Assembly (NCBI GenBank): GCA_030527285.1 | Contig: JAUNBC010000001.1 | Coordinates: 80,111 to 144,110, forward strand | Origin: Bacillota bacterium | Lineage (GTDB): Bacteria; Bacillota; Dehalobacteriia; UBA4068 | Direction: 5' to 3' | Length of the DNA: 64,000 nucleotides | Shown: positions 10,505 to 18,971 of the stretch, piece after piece | Numbering within the stretch: the first letter of the stretch is position 1 | Layout: every line of letters begins with the position of its first letter | The notes under the pieces: generated by a model | Seen by the model: the letters and a program-made list of their open reading frames with translations, nothing else | The model's database searches: none | Told to the model about the DNA's origin: nothing | Made by a program: the position numbers and the translations under genes

Positions 10505-10978
10505 ATGAGCAAAAATATACTGGAAAAGGCCGTAGACTGGGGACGGCGCAAATCACCGTGGATCATCCACTTTAATGCCGGAGCCTGCAACGGCTGCGAT
10601 ATCGAGGTCGTGGACGCGCTGACGCCGCGTTTTGACGTGGAGCGCTTCGGTATGCTGCAAAAGGGCACGCCGCGCCATGCCGACGTACTGGTATGCACCG
10701 GCGCCGTAACCTTGCAGACGCGCGACCGGCTGGTGCAGATATACGAGCAAATGCCCGAGCCCAAATTCGTGCTCGCCATAGGTACCTGCGCCTGCACCGG
10801 CGGCATCTTTGACGGCTGCTACTGCGTGGCCGGCGGCATCGACGCGGCGATACCCGTCACCGCCTATGTGCCGGGCTGCGCCGCGCGTCCCGAAGCGATC
10901 ATCGACGCGGTGGTCAAGCTGCTGACCGCGTTGGAGGCCGGACAAAAGGCCGGCGACAGCATAGAGGAGGACGAGTAA
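10505..10978 (+). CDS. Group 4 [NiFe]-hydrogenase small subunit (NuoB-like)
   Basis: CNGCDIE, PRHADVL, GTCACTGG, VPGCAARPE. Confidence 0.95.
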   Translation: MSKNILEKAVDWGRRKSPWIIHFNAGACNGCDIEVVDALTPRFDVERFGMLQKGTPRHADVLVCTGAVTLQTRDRLVQIYEQMPEPKFVLAIGTCACTGGIFDGCYCVAGGIDAAIPVTAYVPGCAARPEAIIDAVVKLLTALEAGQKAGDSIEEDE

Positions 10979-11578
10979 ATGGCCGAGCAAAAGACCACTC
11001 AAGAGATCGAGCAAAAAATATCCGAGCAATTGGCTGCCGAGCAGGAGCCAATGGTATCCGGCGAGGATCTGTCCCGCGAGCGGGCGGCGATAGCGCCGTT
11101 TTTCGAGCCTTTCCCGATCTTAGAAGGCAAGCTGAAAATCCAGCGCCAGCAGCGCATTTTCTGCGACCCGCTGCCGCGTAAGCAGTTCGAGCAGGTATTT
11201 GCCTTTGCCCATCAGCAGGCCGGTTTCACGACCTTTCATATCGTGATCGGCGTGGACGGCGGCGACGATCTGATATTCGTCTATATACTGTCCAACGCCG
11301 ATAAGATCGTGCTGCTGCTCAAGCAGAGCGTGCCAAAGTCCAAGCCGGTGATCAGCTCGGTATGCGGCGTTTTCCCCAACGCCTTATGGCATGAGCGGGA
11401 ATTAGTGGATCTGTTCGGCGCGGTAGTGGAGGATTTGCCGCCCGGGCCTTCATATCCGCTGCCTGACGGTTGGCCGGCCGGTAATTATCCGCTGCGCAAG
11501 GAATGGAAGGTCGAGTATTTCGACAAGGTAAATATGACGTATGACCCGCCCCAGAGAGAGGAGGGAGCCAATGAGTAA
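10979..11578 (+). CDS. NuoC-like subunit
   Basis: NALWHERELVDLFG, LPDGWPAGNYPLRK. Confidence 0.9.
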   Translation: MAEQKTTQEIEQKISEQLAAEQEPMVSGEDLSRERAAIAPFFEPFPILEGKLKIQRQQRIFCDPLPRKQFEQVFAFAHQQAGFTTFHIVIGVDGGDDLIFVYILSNADKIVLLLKQSVPKSKPVISSVCGVFPNALWHERELVDLFGAVVEDLPPGPSYPLPDGWPAGNYPLRKEWKVEYFDKVNMTYDPPQREEGANE

Positions 11579-12797
11579 GAATATCACCATACCGATCGGG
11601 CCGCAGCATCCGTCGCTCAAAGAGCCGGCTTGCTTCACCATCACGCTGGAGGGCGAGAAAGTGGTCAAGGCCGTGGTCGGCGTTGGCTATAATCATCGCG
11701 GCTTGGAAAAGGCCTGCGAATCGCGCTCCTATATACAGGATCTGTATATCATCGAGCGAGTATGCGGTATTTGCTCGCATACGCATAGCACCGCCTTTTG
11801 CCAGGGCGTAGAGGAGCTGGCCGGCGTGACCATACCGCGCCGCGCCGCCTATATTCGCGTGATCATGGCGGAGTTGGAGCGCCTGCACAGCCATTTGCTG
11901 TGGCTGGGCGTCGCCGGACATGAGATCGGCTTTGATACGCTGCTGATGTACTCGTGGCGCGACCGTGAGCTGGTGCTGGATGTATTAGCCATGCTCGGCG
12001 GCAACCGCGTCAATTACGGCATCAACACCATTGGCGGCGTGCGCCGCGATATCGACCCGGGGATGATCGAGCAGATCACCAGGATGCTGGATATCATCGA
12101 GGAGCAGAACAAATACTATATACAGCTGGCGCTCAGTGAAACGACGCTGGCGGCGCGCCTGGCCGGCGTGGGCAAGCTCTCGCATGAGGACGCGCTGCGT
12201 CTCGGCGCGGTGGGGCCGGTTTCCCGCGCCTCCAATATCAGCGACGACGTGCGCGCTATCGACCGCTATGCGGCTTATGACGAGATACCGGTGCGCGTCG
12301 TCACCGACGATCATTGCGACGTATTCGGTCGCGCCGTGGTGCGCGTGCTGGAGATCATGGAGAGCATCAATATGCTGCGTTTCGCCGTGGCCAATCTGCC
12401 GGACGGCGAGCTGACGGTCAAGGTTCCGCGCAATATTCCCGCCGGCGAGGCGCTGTCGCGCACCGAGGCGCCGCGCGGCGAGGATATACATTTCATCCGC
12501 GCCAACGGCACCGCCAATCCCGACCGCGTGCGTGTACGCGCTCCGTCGGAGGCCAACTGGCATAGCATGGCGCATATGCTGGAGGGCGATTATCTGGCCG
12601 ACGTACCGATCATCATCGCCGCCATCGATCCCTGCTATTCCTGCACCGACCGCGCTATCGTCGTCGATCAGCGCGACAGCGGGCTGGTCAAAACCTTTGA
12701 TTGGCAGGGGATGCGCGATTACAGCATCAACTGGTATAAGTCCCAAGGCTTTGACGCCTCCAAGATCAAGATCGCCGAACGCAAGCTGTATTTTTAG
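11571..12797 (+). CDS. Group 4 [NiFe]-hydrogenase large subunit
   Basis: GPQHP, HRGLEK, L1 RVCGIC, L2 DPCYSCTDR followed by a C-terminal extension, EAPRGE. Confidence 0.95.
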   Translation: MSKNITIPIGPQHPSLKEPACFTITLEGEKVVKAVVGVGYNHRGLEKACESRSYIQDLYIIERVCGICSHTHSTAFCQGVEELAGVTIPRRAAYIRVIMAELERLHSHLLWLGVAGHEIGFDTLLMYSWRDRELVLDVLAMLGGNRVNYGINTIGGVRRDIDPGMIEQITRMLDIIEEQNKYYIQLALSETTLAARLAGVGKLSHEDALRLGAVGPVSRASNISDDVRAIDRYAAYDEIPVRVVTDDHCDVFGRAVVRVLEIMESINMLRFAVANLPDGELTVKVPRNIPAGEALSRTEAPRGEDIHFIRANGTANPDRVRVRAPSEANWHSMAHMLEGDYLADVPIIIAAIDPCYSCTDRAIVVDQRDSGLVKTFDWQGMRDYSINWYKSQGFDASKIKIAERKLYF

Positions 12798-12825
12798 CGC
12801 CGTTGGGTGGAAAGGTAGGTAAACT

Positions 12826-13761
12826 ATGCTGCTTGCAGTATTTAATATACTGATATTCCCGGGCTTCCTCTTTCTTGGCGTGATGGCGTTGATCTTCGCC
12901 TTCCTTGACCGCAAGATCTATGCCCGCCTGCAAAACCGCATCGGCCCGCCGTGGTTTCAGCCGTTGGCGGACTTCCTCAAGCTGCTGGGCAAAGAGAGCA
13001 TCATCCCGGCGGAGGCGGATAAGCGCATCTTCCCGCTGCTGCCGGTGGTCACGCTGGCAGCGGTCACGGCGGCTTATTTGTATATCCCGATCTGGGGGCC
13101 GGCGTCGCTGTTTCCCTTCGAGGGCGACCTGATCGTCATTCTCTATTTGCTGACCTTGCCGACGCTGTGCTTCTTCCTCGCCGGCTGGTATTCGACCAGC
13201 GTCTACGCGACTATCGGCGCGGTGCGCACCCTGACGCAGCTTTTCTCTTATGAGGTTCCGCTGTTCATGGCGCTGCTGGCTCCGGCGCTGCTGGCCGATA
13301 CCTGGTCGCTGTCGGGGATGACCGCCTTCTACGCGGCTAATCCGGTCTTGCTGCTGGTGAATATACCGGCCTTCCTCGTGGCTATCGCCGCCTGCCAGGG
13401 CAAATTAGAGCGCGTGCCCTTCGACCTGCCGGAGGCGGAGACGGAGATCGTCGCCGGTACCTTTGTCGAGTATTCCGGCCGCCTGTACGCGATATTCCGT
13501 ATGGCTATCGACTGCGAGCTGGTGGTAGTCGCATCGCTGATCGCGGCGGTATTCCTGCCTTTCTATACGGAGCCGGTATGGCTGGGCTTTGCCCTGTATT
13601 TGCTCAAGACGCTGGTGATACTGTTCATCCTTGCGCTGTTCCGCTCGGTGATGGCGAGAATACGCCTCGAGCAGATGGTGAAATTCTGCTGGAAATACTT
13701 AACCCCCGTAGCCCTGTTGCAGATCGTCATCAATCTGCTGCTGAAAGGAGTGTTGTCATAG
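12826..13761 (+). CDS. NuoH-like membrane subunit
   Basis: RKIYARLQNRIGP, QPLADFLKLLGKE, PFDLPEAETEIVAG..EYSG. Confidence 0.93.
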   Translation: MLLAVFNILIFPGFLFLGVMALIFAFLDRKIYARLQNRIGPPWFQPLADFLKLLGKESIIPAEADKRIFPLLPVVTLAAVTAAYLYIPIWGPASLFPFEGDLIVILYLLTLPTLCFFLAGWYSTSVYATIGAVRTLTQLFSYEVPLFMALLAPALLADTWSLSGMTAFYAANPVLLLVNIPAFLVAIAACQGKLERVPFDLPEAETEIVAGTFVEYSGRLYAIFRMAIDCELVVVASLIAAVFLPFYTEPVWLGFALYLLKTLVILFILALFRSVMARIRLEQMVKFCWKYLTPVALLQIVINLLLKGVLS

Positions 13762-14120
13762 TGGTCAAATATCCGGGCAAGATCACCGGCTTTGCGCTGA
13801 AGCATTTGCTCAAAAAGCCGGCTACCATAGCTTATCCGGCCGGCGGGCTGGTTATCGACAAGAAGTATCGCGGCAAGATCGCTTATGACGCCGACGATTG
13901 CATAGGCTGCAATCTCTGCGTGCGCGATTGTCCGGCCGGCGCAATCAAGATCGTCAACGTCGGCACCAAGGAGGACAAGAAATTCGAGTGCTATCTCAAC
14001 GTCGGTCATTGCATCTTCTGCGCGCAATGCGTGGACAGCTGCCGCAAGGGCTGCTTGAGCTTTACGCCGGATATCGAGCTGGCGGTGCTGAACAAAGAAG
14101 ATCTGACGGTCAAACTATGA
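13761..14120 (+). CDS. NuoI-like 2x[4Fe-4S] subunit
   Basis: CIGCNLCVRDCP and CIFCAQCVDSC; GTG start overlapping previous stop. Confidence 0.9.
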   Translation: MVKYPGKITGFALKHLLKKPATIAYPAGGLVIDKKYRGKIAYDADDCIGCNLCVRDCPAGAIKIVNVGTKEDKKFECYLNVGHCIFCAQCVDSCRKGCLSFTPDIELAVLNKEDLTVKL

Positions 14121-14620
14121 GCGATTGGCGCGAGGAATTGCGGCAACAATTGGCGGACGGCGGACGGATCGCGGTGTTGGGCGCGGGTTCGGTGTTATGC
14201 GGCGACGACGCCGCCGGTATGCTGGTCATAGATTATTTGCGCGAGCAGGCGCAAGAGGATACCGCGCTGCTGTTATGCGCCGGTTCCACCGCGCCGGAGA
14301 ATTTTACCGGCGAGATCAAGCGCTTTGCGCCGCAGCATTTATTAGTCGTGGACGCGGCCTATATCGGCCGCGAGCCCGGCGCTATTCAGATCATCACGGC
14401 CGACGCTATACATGGCGCCGGCTTTTCCACGCATATGCTGCCCTTTCCGCTGATGCTCGATTATCTGCGCGCCCATCTTGATTGCAGCGTTACGGTGATC
14501 GGCGTCCAGCCGCGTTGCACGGATTTCGGCGCTGACGCCGGCGCGGAAGTGACGGCGGCGGCGCGGCTGCTGGCGGCGACGATACTGGAGCTGTTGGGCA
14601 AGGGCGCGGCGAAGGCCTGA
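14117..14620 (+). CDS. hycI: Hydrogenase maturation endopeptidase (HycI-like)
   Basis: GDDAAG, TAPEN, VVDAA, STH motifs; ATGA overlap with upstream stop. Confidence 0.88.
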   Translation: MSDWREELRQQLADGGRIAVLGAGSVLCGDDAAGMLVIDYLREQAQEDTALLLCAGSTAPENFTGEIKRFAPQHLLVVDAAYIGREPGAIQIITADAIHGAGFSTHMLPFPLMLDYLRAHLDCSVTVIGVQPRCTDFGADAGAEVTAAARLLAATILELLGKGAAKA

Positions 14621-14770
14621 GTTTTATACATAGTGTAAATTGTTCAAATATTCTTTAAATGTTTGTTTTTGCGGATAATCATGCTATAATTTTGGTGTTT
14701 GGGGTATTTACGGTTTTTTTTTGTTATGTAAAGCATTTTGAAATATATTTTTGGAGAGGAGTACCTTTTT

Positions 14771-15046
14771 ATGGCCAAGAAGAGTTTTGAAGTACAGGTA
14801 TTTGAGAAACTATGCAAGGCCTGCGGTATCTGTGTCAGTCTGTGCCTGGGCAAGCCGGAAGGCGTTTTTGTTCAGGCTCCGGACGGCAAGGCCGTAGTTG
14901 TTCATCCGGAGAATTGCGTTGGCTGCAAGAATTGCGAAATGCATTGTCCGGATTTTTGTGTAGAAGTAGCGCCCAAGGATTATGTTGACGAGGCTTCATG
15001 GGCGCAGGAAAACCTCGAAGATCATAGCGCGGAAGTGGGGAGGTAA
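14771..15046 (+). CDS. 2-oxoacid:ferredoxin oxidoreductase delta subunit (2x[4Fe-4S])
   Basis: CKACGICVSLC, CVGCKNCEMHCP; directly upstream of alpha subunit. Confidence 0.85.
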   Translation: MAKKSFEVQVFEKLCKACGICVSLCLGKPEGVFVQAPDGKAVVVHPENCVGCKNCEMHCPDFCVEVAPKDYVDEASWAQENLEDHSAEVGR

Positions 15047-15051
15047 GAGAT

Positions 15052-16188
15052 ATGGCGAAAGTTAGACTTGTACAAGGCAACGAAGCCTGCGCTTTGGGGG
15101 CTCTTAAAGCCGGCGCTACCTTCTATGCCGGCTATCCGATCACTCCGTCCACCGAGATCGCGGAGCATATGGCCGAGATGATGCCCGCTTGCGGCGGCAA
15201 ATTCATCCAGATGGAAGACGAGATCGGCTCCATCGGCGCGATCATCGGCGCGTCCTGCACCGGCGCCAAATCCTTCACCGCCACCTCCGGCCCCGGCTTC
15301 TCGCTGATGCAGGAGTTGGTCGGCTATGCCGCCATTACCGAAGTACCGATCGTCGTTGTCGACGTGCAGCGCATGGGCCCGTCCACCGGTTTGCCGACGC
15401 TGTCCTCGCAGGGCGATATCCAGCAGGCGCGCTGGGGCTCGCATGGCGATCACAGCCTGATCGCGATCGCTCCGTCCTCGGTCATGGAGACATATTATGA
15501 GACGATAAACGCCTTCAATCTGGCGGAAAAATACCGCACGCCGGTGATCTTCCTGCTCGACGAGGAGATCGGCCATCTGCGTGAGCGCTTTGAGGTCGAG
15601 GATGACGAGAAAGTCGAGATCATTGACCGCAAAAAGCCCACCTGCGACCCCAAGGATTATGTCCCGTACAGCAATGCCGAGCCTGACGGCGTACCGGCGA
15701 TGGCTAACTTTGGCGATGGATATCGCTATCACGTCACCGGTCTTACCCATAACGAAAAGGGTTTCTATTCCAGCTCTCTGCCGGTGGTCGACGCTTTTAA
15801 CCGCCGCTTGACCGATAAGATCGAGAACGCTGTCGACGATATCTTCAAATACGAAGAATTCCATGTTGATGATTGCGATATACTGCTGATCGCTTACGGC
15901 TCCGTAGCCCGCTCCGCTCAGGAAGCAATGCTCGAGCTGCGTGAAGAAGGCTATAAAGTCGGCCTGCTCAGACCGATCACCATTTGGCCCTTCCATGATA
16001 AGCTGATCGCCAAGGCTTGCGCCGGTAAAAAAGCGGTCATCGTGCCGGAAATGAATCTTGGTCAGTACGCGCGTGAAGTCAGCCGCGTAGCGCCCTCAGA
16101 CGTACCGGTGCTTCCGCTGTGCCGCGTTGACAGCGAGCTTATCATTCCGGAAGAAGTTGTTGAGCTGGTCAAGGAGGTGGCGAAATAA
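15052..16188 (+). CDS. 2-oxoacid:ferredoxin oxidoreductase alpha subunit (KorA-like)
   Basis: GNEA, YAGYPITPSTE, QMEDE, ATSGPG, QRMGPSTG, PEMNLGQ. Confidence 0.93.
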   Translation: MAKVRLVQGNEACALGALKAGATFYAGYPITPSTEIAEHMAEMMPACGGKFIQMEDEIGSIGAIIGASCTGAKSFTATSGPGFSLMQELVGYAAITEVPIVVVDVQRMGPSTGLPTLSSQGDIQQARWGSHGDHSLIAIAPSSVMETYYETINAFNLAEKYRTPVIFLLDEEIGHLRERFEVEDDEKVEIIDRKKPTCDPKDYVPYSNAEPDGVPAMANFGDGYRYHVTGLTHNEKGFYSSSLPVVDAFNRRLTDKIENAVDDIFKYEEFHVDDCDILLIAYGSVARSAQEAMLELREEGYKVGLLRPITIWPFHDKLIAKACAGKKAVIVPEMNLGQYAREVSRVAPSDVPVLPLCRVDSELIIPEEVVELVKEVAK

Positions 16189-17003
16189 TGAAACCCGTAT
16201 ACGAGAAGTATTTTCGTAATAACCTGCCTCATATCTGGTGCTCCGGCTGCGGTAACGGTATCGTTATGAGCGCTTGGGCGCGCGCGATGGAAGAGGTTGC
16301 GATCGACAAGGATAACACGATCGCGGTTTCCGGCATTGGCTGCTCGTCGCGTATCACCGGTTACTTGGATCTGAATACGCTGCATACCGCGCATGGCCGC
16401 GCTTTACCGTTTGCCACCGGCTGCAAGATGGCCAAACCCGATATGGACGTGTTCATCTTCTCCGGCGACGGCGACTGCTCCGCTATCGGCGGCAATCACT
16501 TCATCCATGCCTGCCGCCGCAATATGGATATGACGATGATCGTCATCAACAACAATATTTACGGTATGACCGGCGGCCAGTTCTCGCCGCTCACGCCTTT
16601 CGGCAAAAAGGGTACTACCGCGCCGTACGGCTCGGTGGATCGCTGCTTCGATCTGTGCGAGTTGGCGATGGGCGCCGGCGCGACTTTCGTCGCCCGCGGC
16701 GATATCTTCCATGCCAAGCAGCTCACCGATCTGATCGTTGCCGGTTACAAGCATAAGGGCTTCTCGGTGATCGAAGTTCTGGCTTCCTGCCCGATCTCCT
16801 TCGGCCGCCGCAATAAGATACCCAAGCCCGCCGATATGATGCAATACGTCAAGGATCATACTGTCGCGCTGGCACGCGCGGAGAAAATGAGCCCCGAGGA
16901 GCTGAAGGGCATGTATATAACCGGCATTCTGCGCAATGAATCGGATGTTGAATACAATGAAGAGTATCTGCGTCTGTGCGCCAGAGTTCAGGGAGGTGAA
17001 TAG
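16188..17003 (+). CDS. 2-oxoacid:ferredoxin oxidoreductase beta subunit (TPP-binding)
   Basis: WCSGCG, SGIGCS, HGRA, GDGD..NNNIYGMTGGQ. Confidence 0.93.
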   Translation: MKPVYEKYFRNNLPHIWCSGCGNGIVMSAWARAMEEVAIDKDNTIAVSGIGCSSRITGYLDLNTLHTAHGRALPFATGCKMAKPDMDVFIFSGDGDCSAIGGNHFIHACRRNMDMTMIVINNNIYGMTGGQFSPLTPFGKKGTTAPYGSVDRCFDLCELAMGAGATFVARGDIFHAKQLTDLIVAGYKHKGFSVIEVLASCPISFGRRNKIPKPADMMQYVKDHTVALARAEKMSPEELKGMYITGILRNESDVEYNEEYLRLCARVQGGE

Positions 17004-17005
17004 AG

Positions 17006-17542
17006 ATGAAAAAATGGAAAATCCGTTTAAGCGGTACCGGTGGGCAAGGCGTCATCAAAGCGGCCGTCATCTTGGCCGAGGGCGCGCTGATCGACGGCAG
17101 TAACGCTACGCAAAGCCAGGTATACGGCCCCGAATCGCGCGGCGGTTCCACCCGCGCCGAGGTCAATATCTCCGATAAGCAGATATTGTTCCCCAAGGTC
17201 GAATCCCCGAATATGCTGCTGTGCATGTCTGTCGAAGCCTATGAAAAATATCTCAAAGACCTGATCCCCGGCGGCATCCTCATTCTTGACGGCGATCTGG
17301 GCTTGAACGACGATCTCTCCCAGTACAAGGTCTATCGCGTACCGATCACCGTATTGGCGCGTGAAAAGGTCGGCAACGAGCTGGCGGCCAACGTTGTGGC
17401 GTTGGGAGTATTGAACGGTATTGCCAAGACCGTCTCCGACGATGCGATGATCGAATCCTTGCAGCGTAACTTCAAGGCCAAGATCTTCGATCTGAATGTC
17501 AAGGCTTATCAAATCGGTCTGAACGCGGTCAAGGAGATGTAA
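17006..17542 (+). CDS. 2-oxoacid:ferredoxin oxidoreductase gamma subunit
   Basis: GTGGQG, YGPESRGG, ANVVALG. Confidence 0.93.
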   Translation: MKKWKIRLSGTGGQGVIKAAVILAEGALIDGSNATQSQVYGPESRGGSTRAEVNISDKQILFPKVESPNMLLCMSVEAYEKYLKDLIPGGILILDGDLGLNDDLSQYKVYRVPITVLAREKVGNELAANVVALGVLNGIAKTVSDDAMIESLQRNFKAKIFDLNVKAYQIGLNAVKEM

Positions 17543-17565
17543 GCCGTAGTTTACCGGCATAAAGG

Positions 17566-17599
17566 GAAAGCCATTTCTTAGTGAAATGGCTTTCTTTTT
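17566..17599 (+). terminator. Rho-independent terminator
   Basis: GAAAGCCATTTC-ttagt-GAAATGGCTTTC followed by T-tract. Confidence 0.85.
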
Positions 17600-17636
17600 G
17601 CTGTTAATCGGTGGCGAAATATGATATTATATCTTT

Positions 17637-18380
17637 ATGTATGATAATGACGATAAAAAGAAAATCGAGCCGCCGCGCCCCGCGAGCGCCGGCGAGCTAT
17701 GGGAGCGGGTAAAACCGCCGTGGCAGGTATGGCAGAGCTTTATCATCCTGGTGGCGGCGATGCTGCTGTCCACGCTGCCGGTGCTGTTCAGCACCACGGC
17801 GGCGCATCTGAGCGGCGTGGTGCTGCTGTCGCTGTTCCTGCAAGCGGCGGTGTTCTTCATGGGGCCGCTGCTGATAGTCTGCGTCTATTACAGCCAGCCC
17901 TTGACGGCGCTCGGTTTTCGCCGCGCGCCAGCGGTGAAAATGCTCGGTATCGGCGTGGCCGCCGGCAGCTTGTTCTATGCGTTGAACGTGCTGGTCAGTC
18001 TGGCGCAGACGCTGCTGTTTCCGGCGGCGGAGCCGGTGCGTCAGGATGTGCTGACGCTGCTGGAGCTGTCGGAGAGCGGCTTTGAGACGCTGATGCTGGT
18101 GCTGTGCATCGCCGTTTTAGCGCCGGTATCCGAGGAGATGTTCTTCCGCGCCTTTTTACTGCCGCCGCTGCGCGCACGCTACGGGCGTTCTTCGGCGCTG
18201 CTGCTGTCGGCGATGCTGTTCGCGCTGATGCATATGAACGGCTGGGTGCTGATGCCGATGTTCGCCGGCGGTTTAGGTTTTGCCTGGTTATATGATAAAT
18301 ACGCTAATATCGGCTATAATATTATTGCTCATATGACGTGGAACGGTATATCATTGCTGCTGTTTTTTATTTATGTTTAG
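17637..18380 (+). CDS. CPBP (CAAX/Abi) family intramembrane metalloprotease
   Basis: EEMFFR, FALMH, AHMTWN. Confidence 0.88.
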   Translation: MYDNDDKKKIEPPRPASAGELWERVKPPWQVWQSFIILVAAMLLSTLPVLFSTTAAHLSGVVLLSLFLQAAVFFMGPLLIVCVYYSQPLTALGFRRAPAVKMLGIGVAAGSLFYALNVLVSLAQTLLFPAAEPVRQDVLTLLELSESGFETLMLVLCIAVLAPVSEEMFFRAFLLPPLRARYGRSSALLLSAMLFALMHMNGWVLMPMFAGGLGFAWLYDKYANIGYNIIAHMTWNGISLLLFFIYV

Positions 18381-18418
18381 GCATATTGGCTTCATACTAA
18401 TATTAACGGAGGTCGAAG

Positions 18419-18922
18419 ATGGTCATTATCGAGATGGAGGACGGCAGAAAGATCGAGCTGGAAATGCAGCCGGAGGCGGCGCCCAATTCGGTGCGCAATT
18501 TTTTGTATTTGGCAAACAAGGGCTTTTATGACGGCTTGACTTTTCATCGCGTGATAAAGGGCTTTATGATACAGGGCGGCTGCCCGGAGGGCAGCGGCAT
18601 GGGCGGCCCCGGTTACAGCATCAAGGGCGAATTCGCCGAGGCAGGCTTCAATAATACGCTGCGCCACAGCCGCGGTGTGATCTCGATGGCGCGCGCCATG
18701 GACTATGACAGCGCCGGCAGCCAATTCTTTATCATGCACGCCAACGGCTTTTTCCTTGACGGCCAGTATGCGGCTTTTGGCCATGTGGTCAGCGGCATGG
18801 ACGTAGTTGATGATATCGCCTGCACTCGCACCGGCGCTAATGACAAGCCCAAAACGCCGCAGATCATCAAGAAGATCACGGTCGTCGACGAGGGCGAGAT
18901 AGTAGAGCCTGAACGCGTATAA
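18419..18922 (+). CDS. Cyclophilin-type peptidyl-prolyl isomerase
   Basis: FYDGLTFHRVIKGFMIQGG, SAGSQFFI, LDGQYAAFG. Confidence 0.95.
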   Translation: MVIIEMEDGRKIELEMQPEAAPNSVRNFLYLANKGFYDGLTFHRVIKGFMIQGGCPEGSGMGGPGYSIKGEFAEAGFNNTLRHSRGVISMARAMDYDSAGSQFFIMHANGFFLDGQYAAFGHVVSGMDVVDDIACTRTGANDKPKTPQIIKKITVVDEGEIVEPERV

Positions 18923-18971
18923 GAGCTTTGATTAACGACGGCGGCGGCATTAAGGAAGAATGAATTGAAGC

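Noticed and set aside
11571-12797. Selenocysteine or a Ni-free (Ehr/Mbx/Nuo-type) large subunit
   Set aside because: All four Cys codons are present and there is no in-frame TGA
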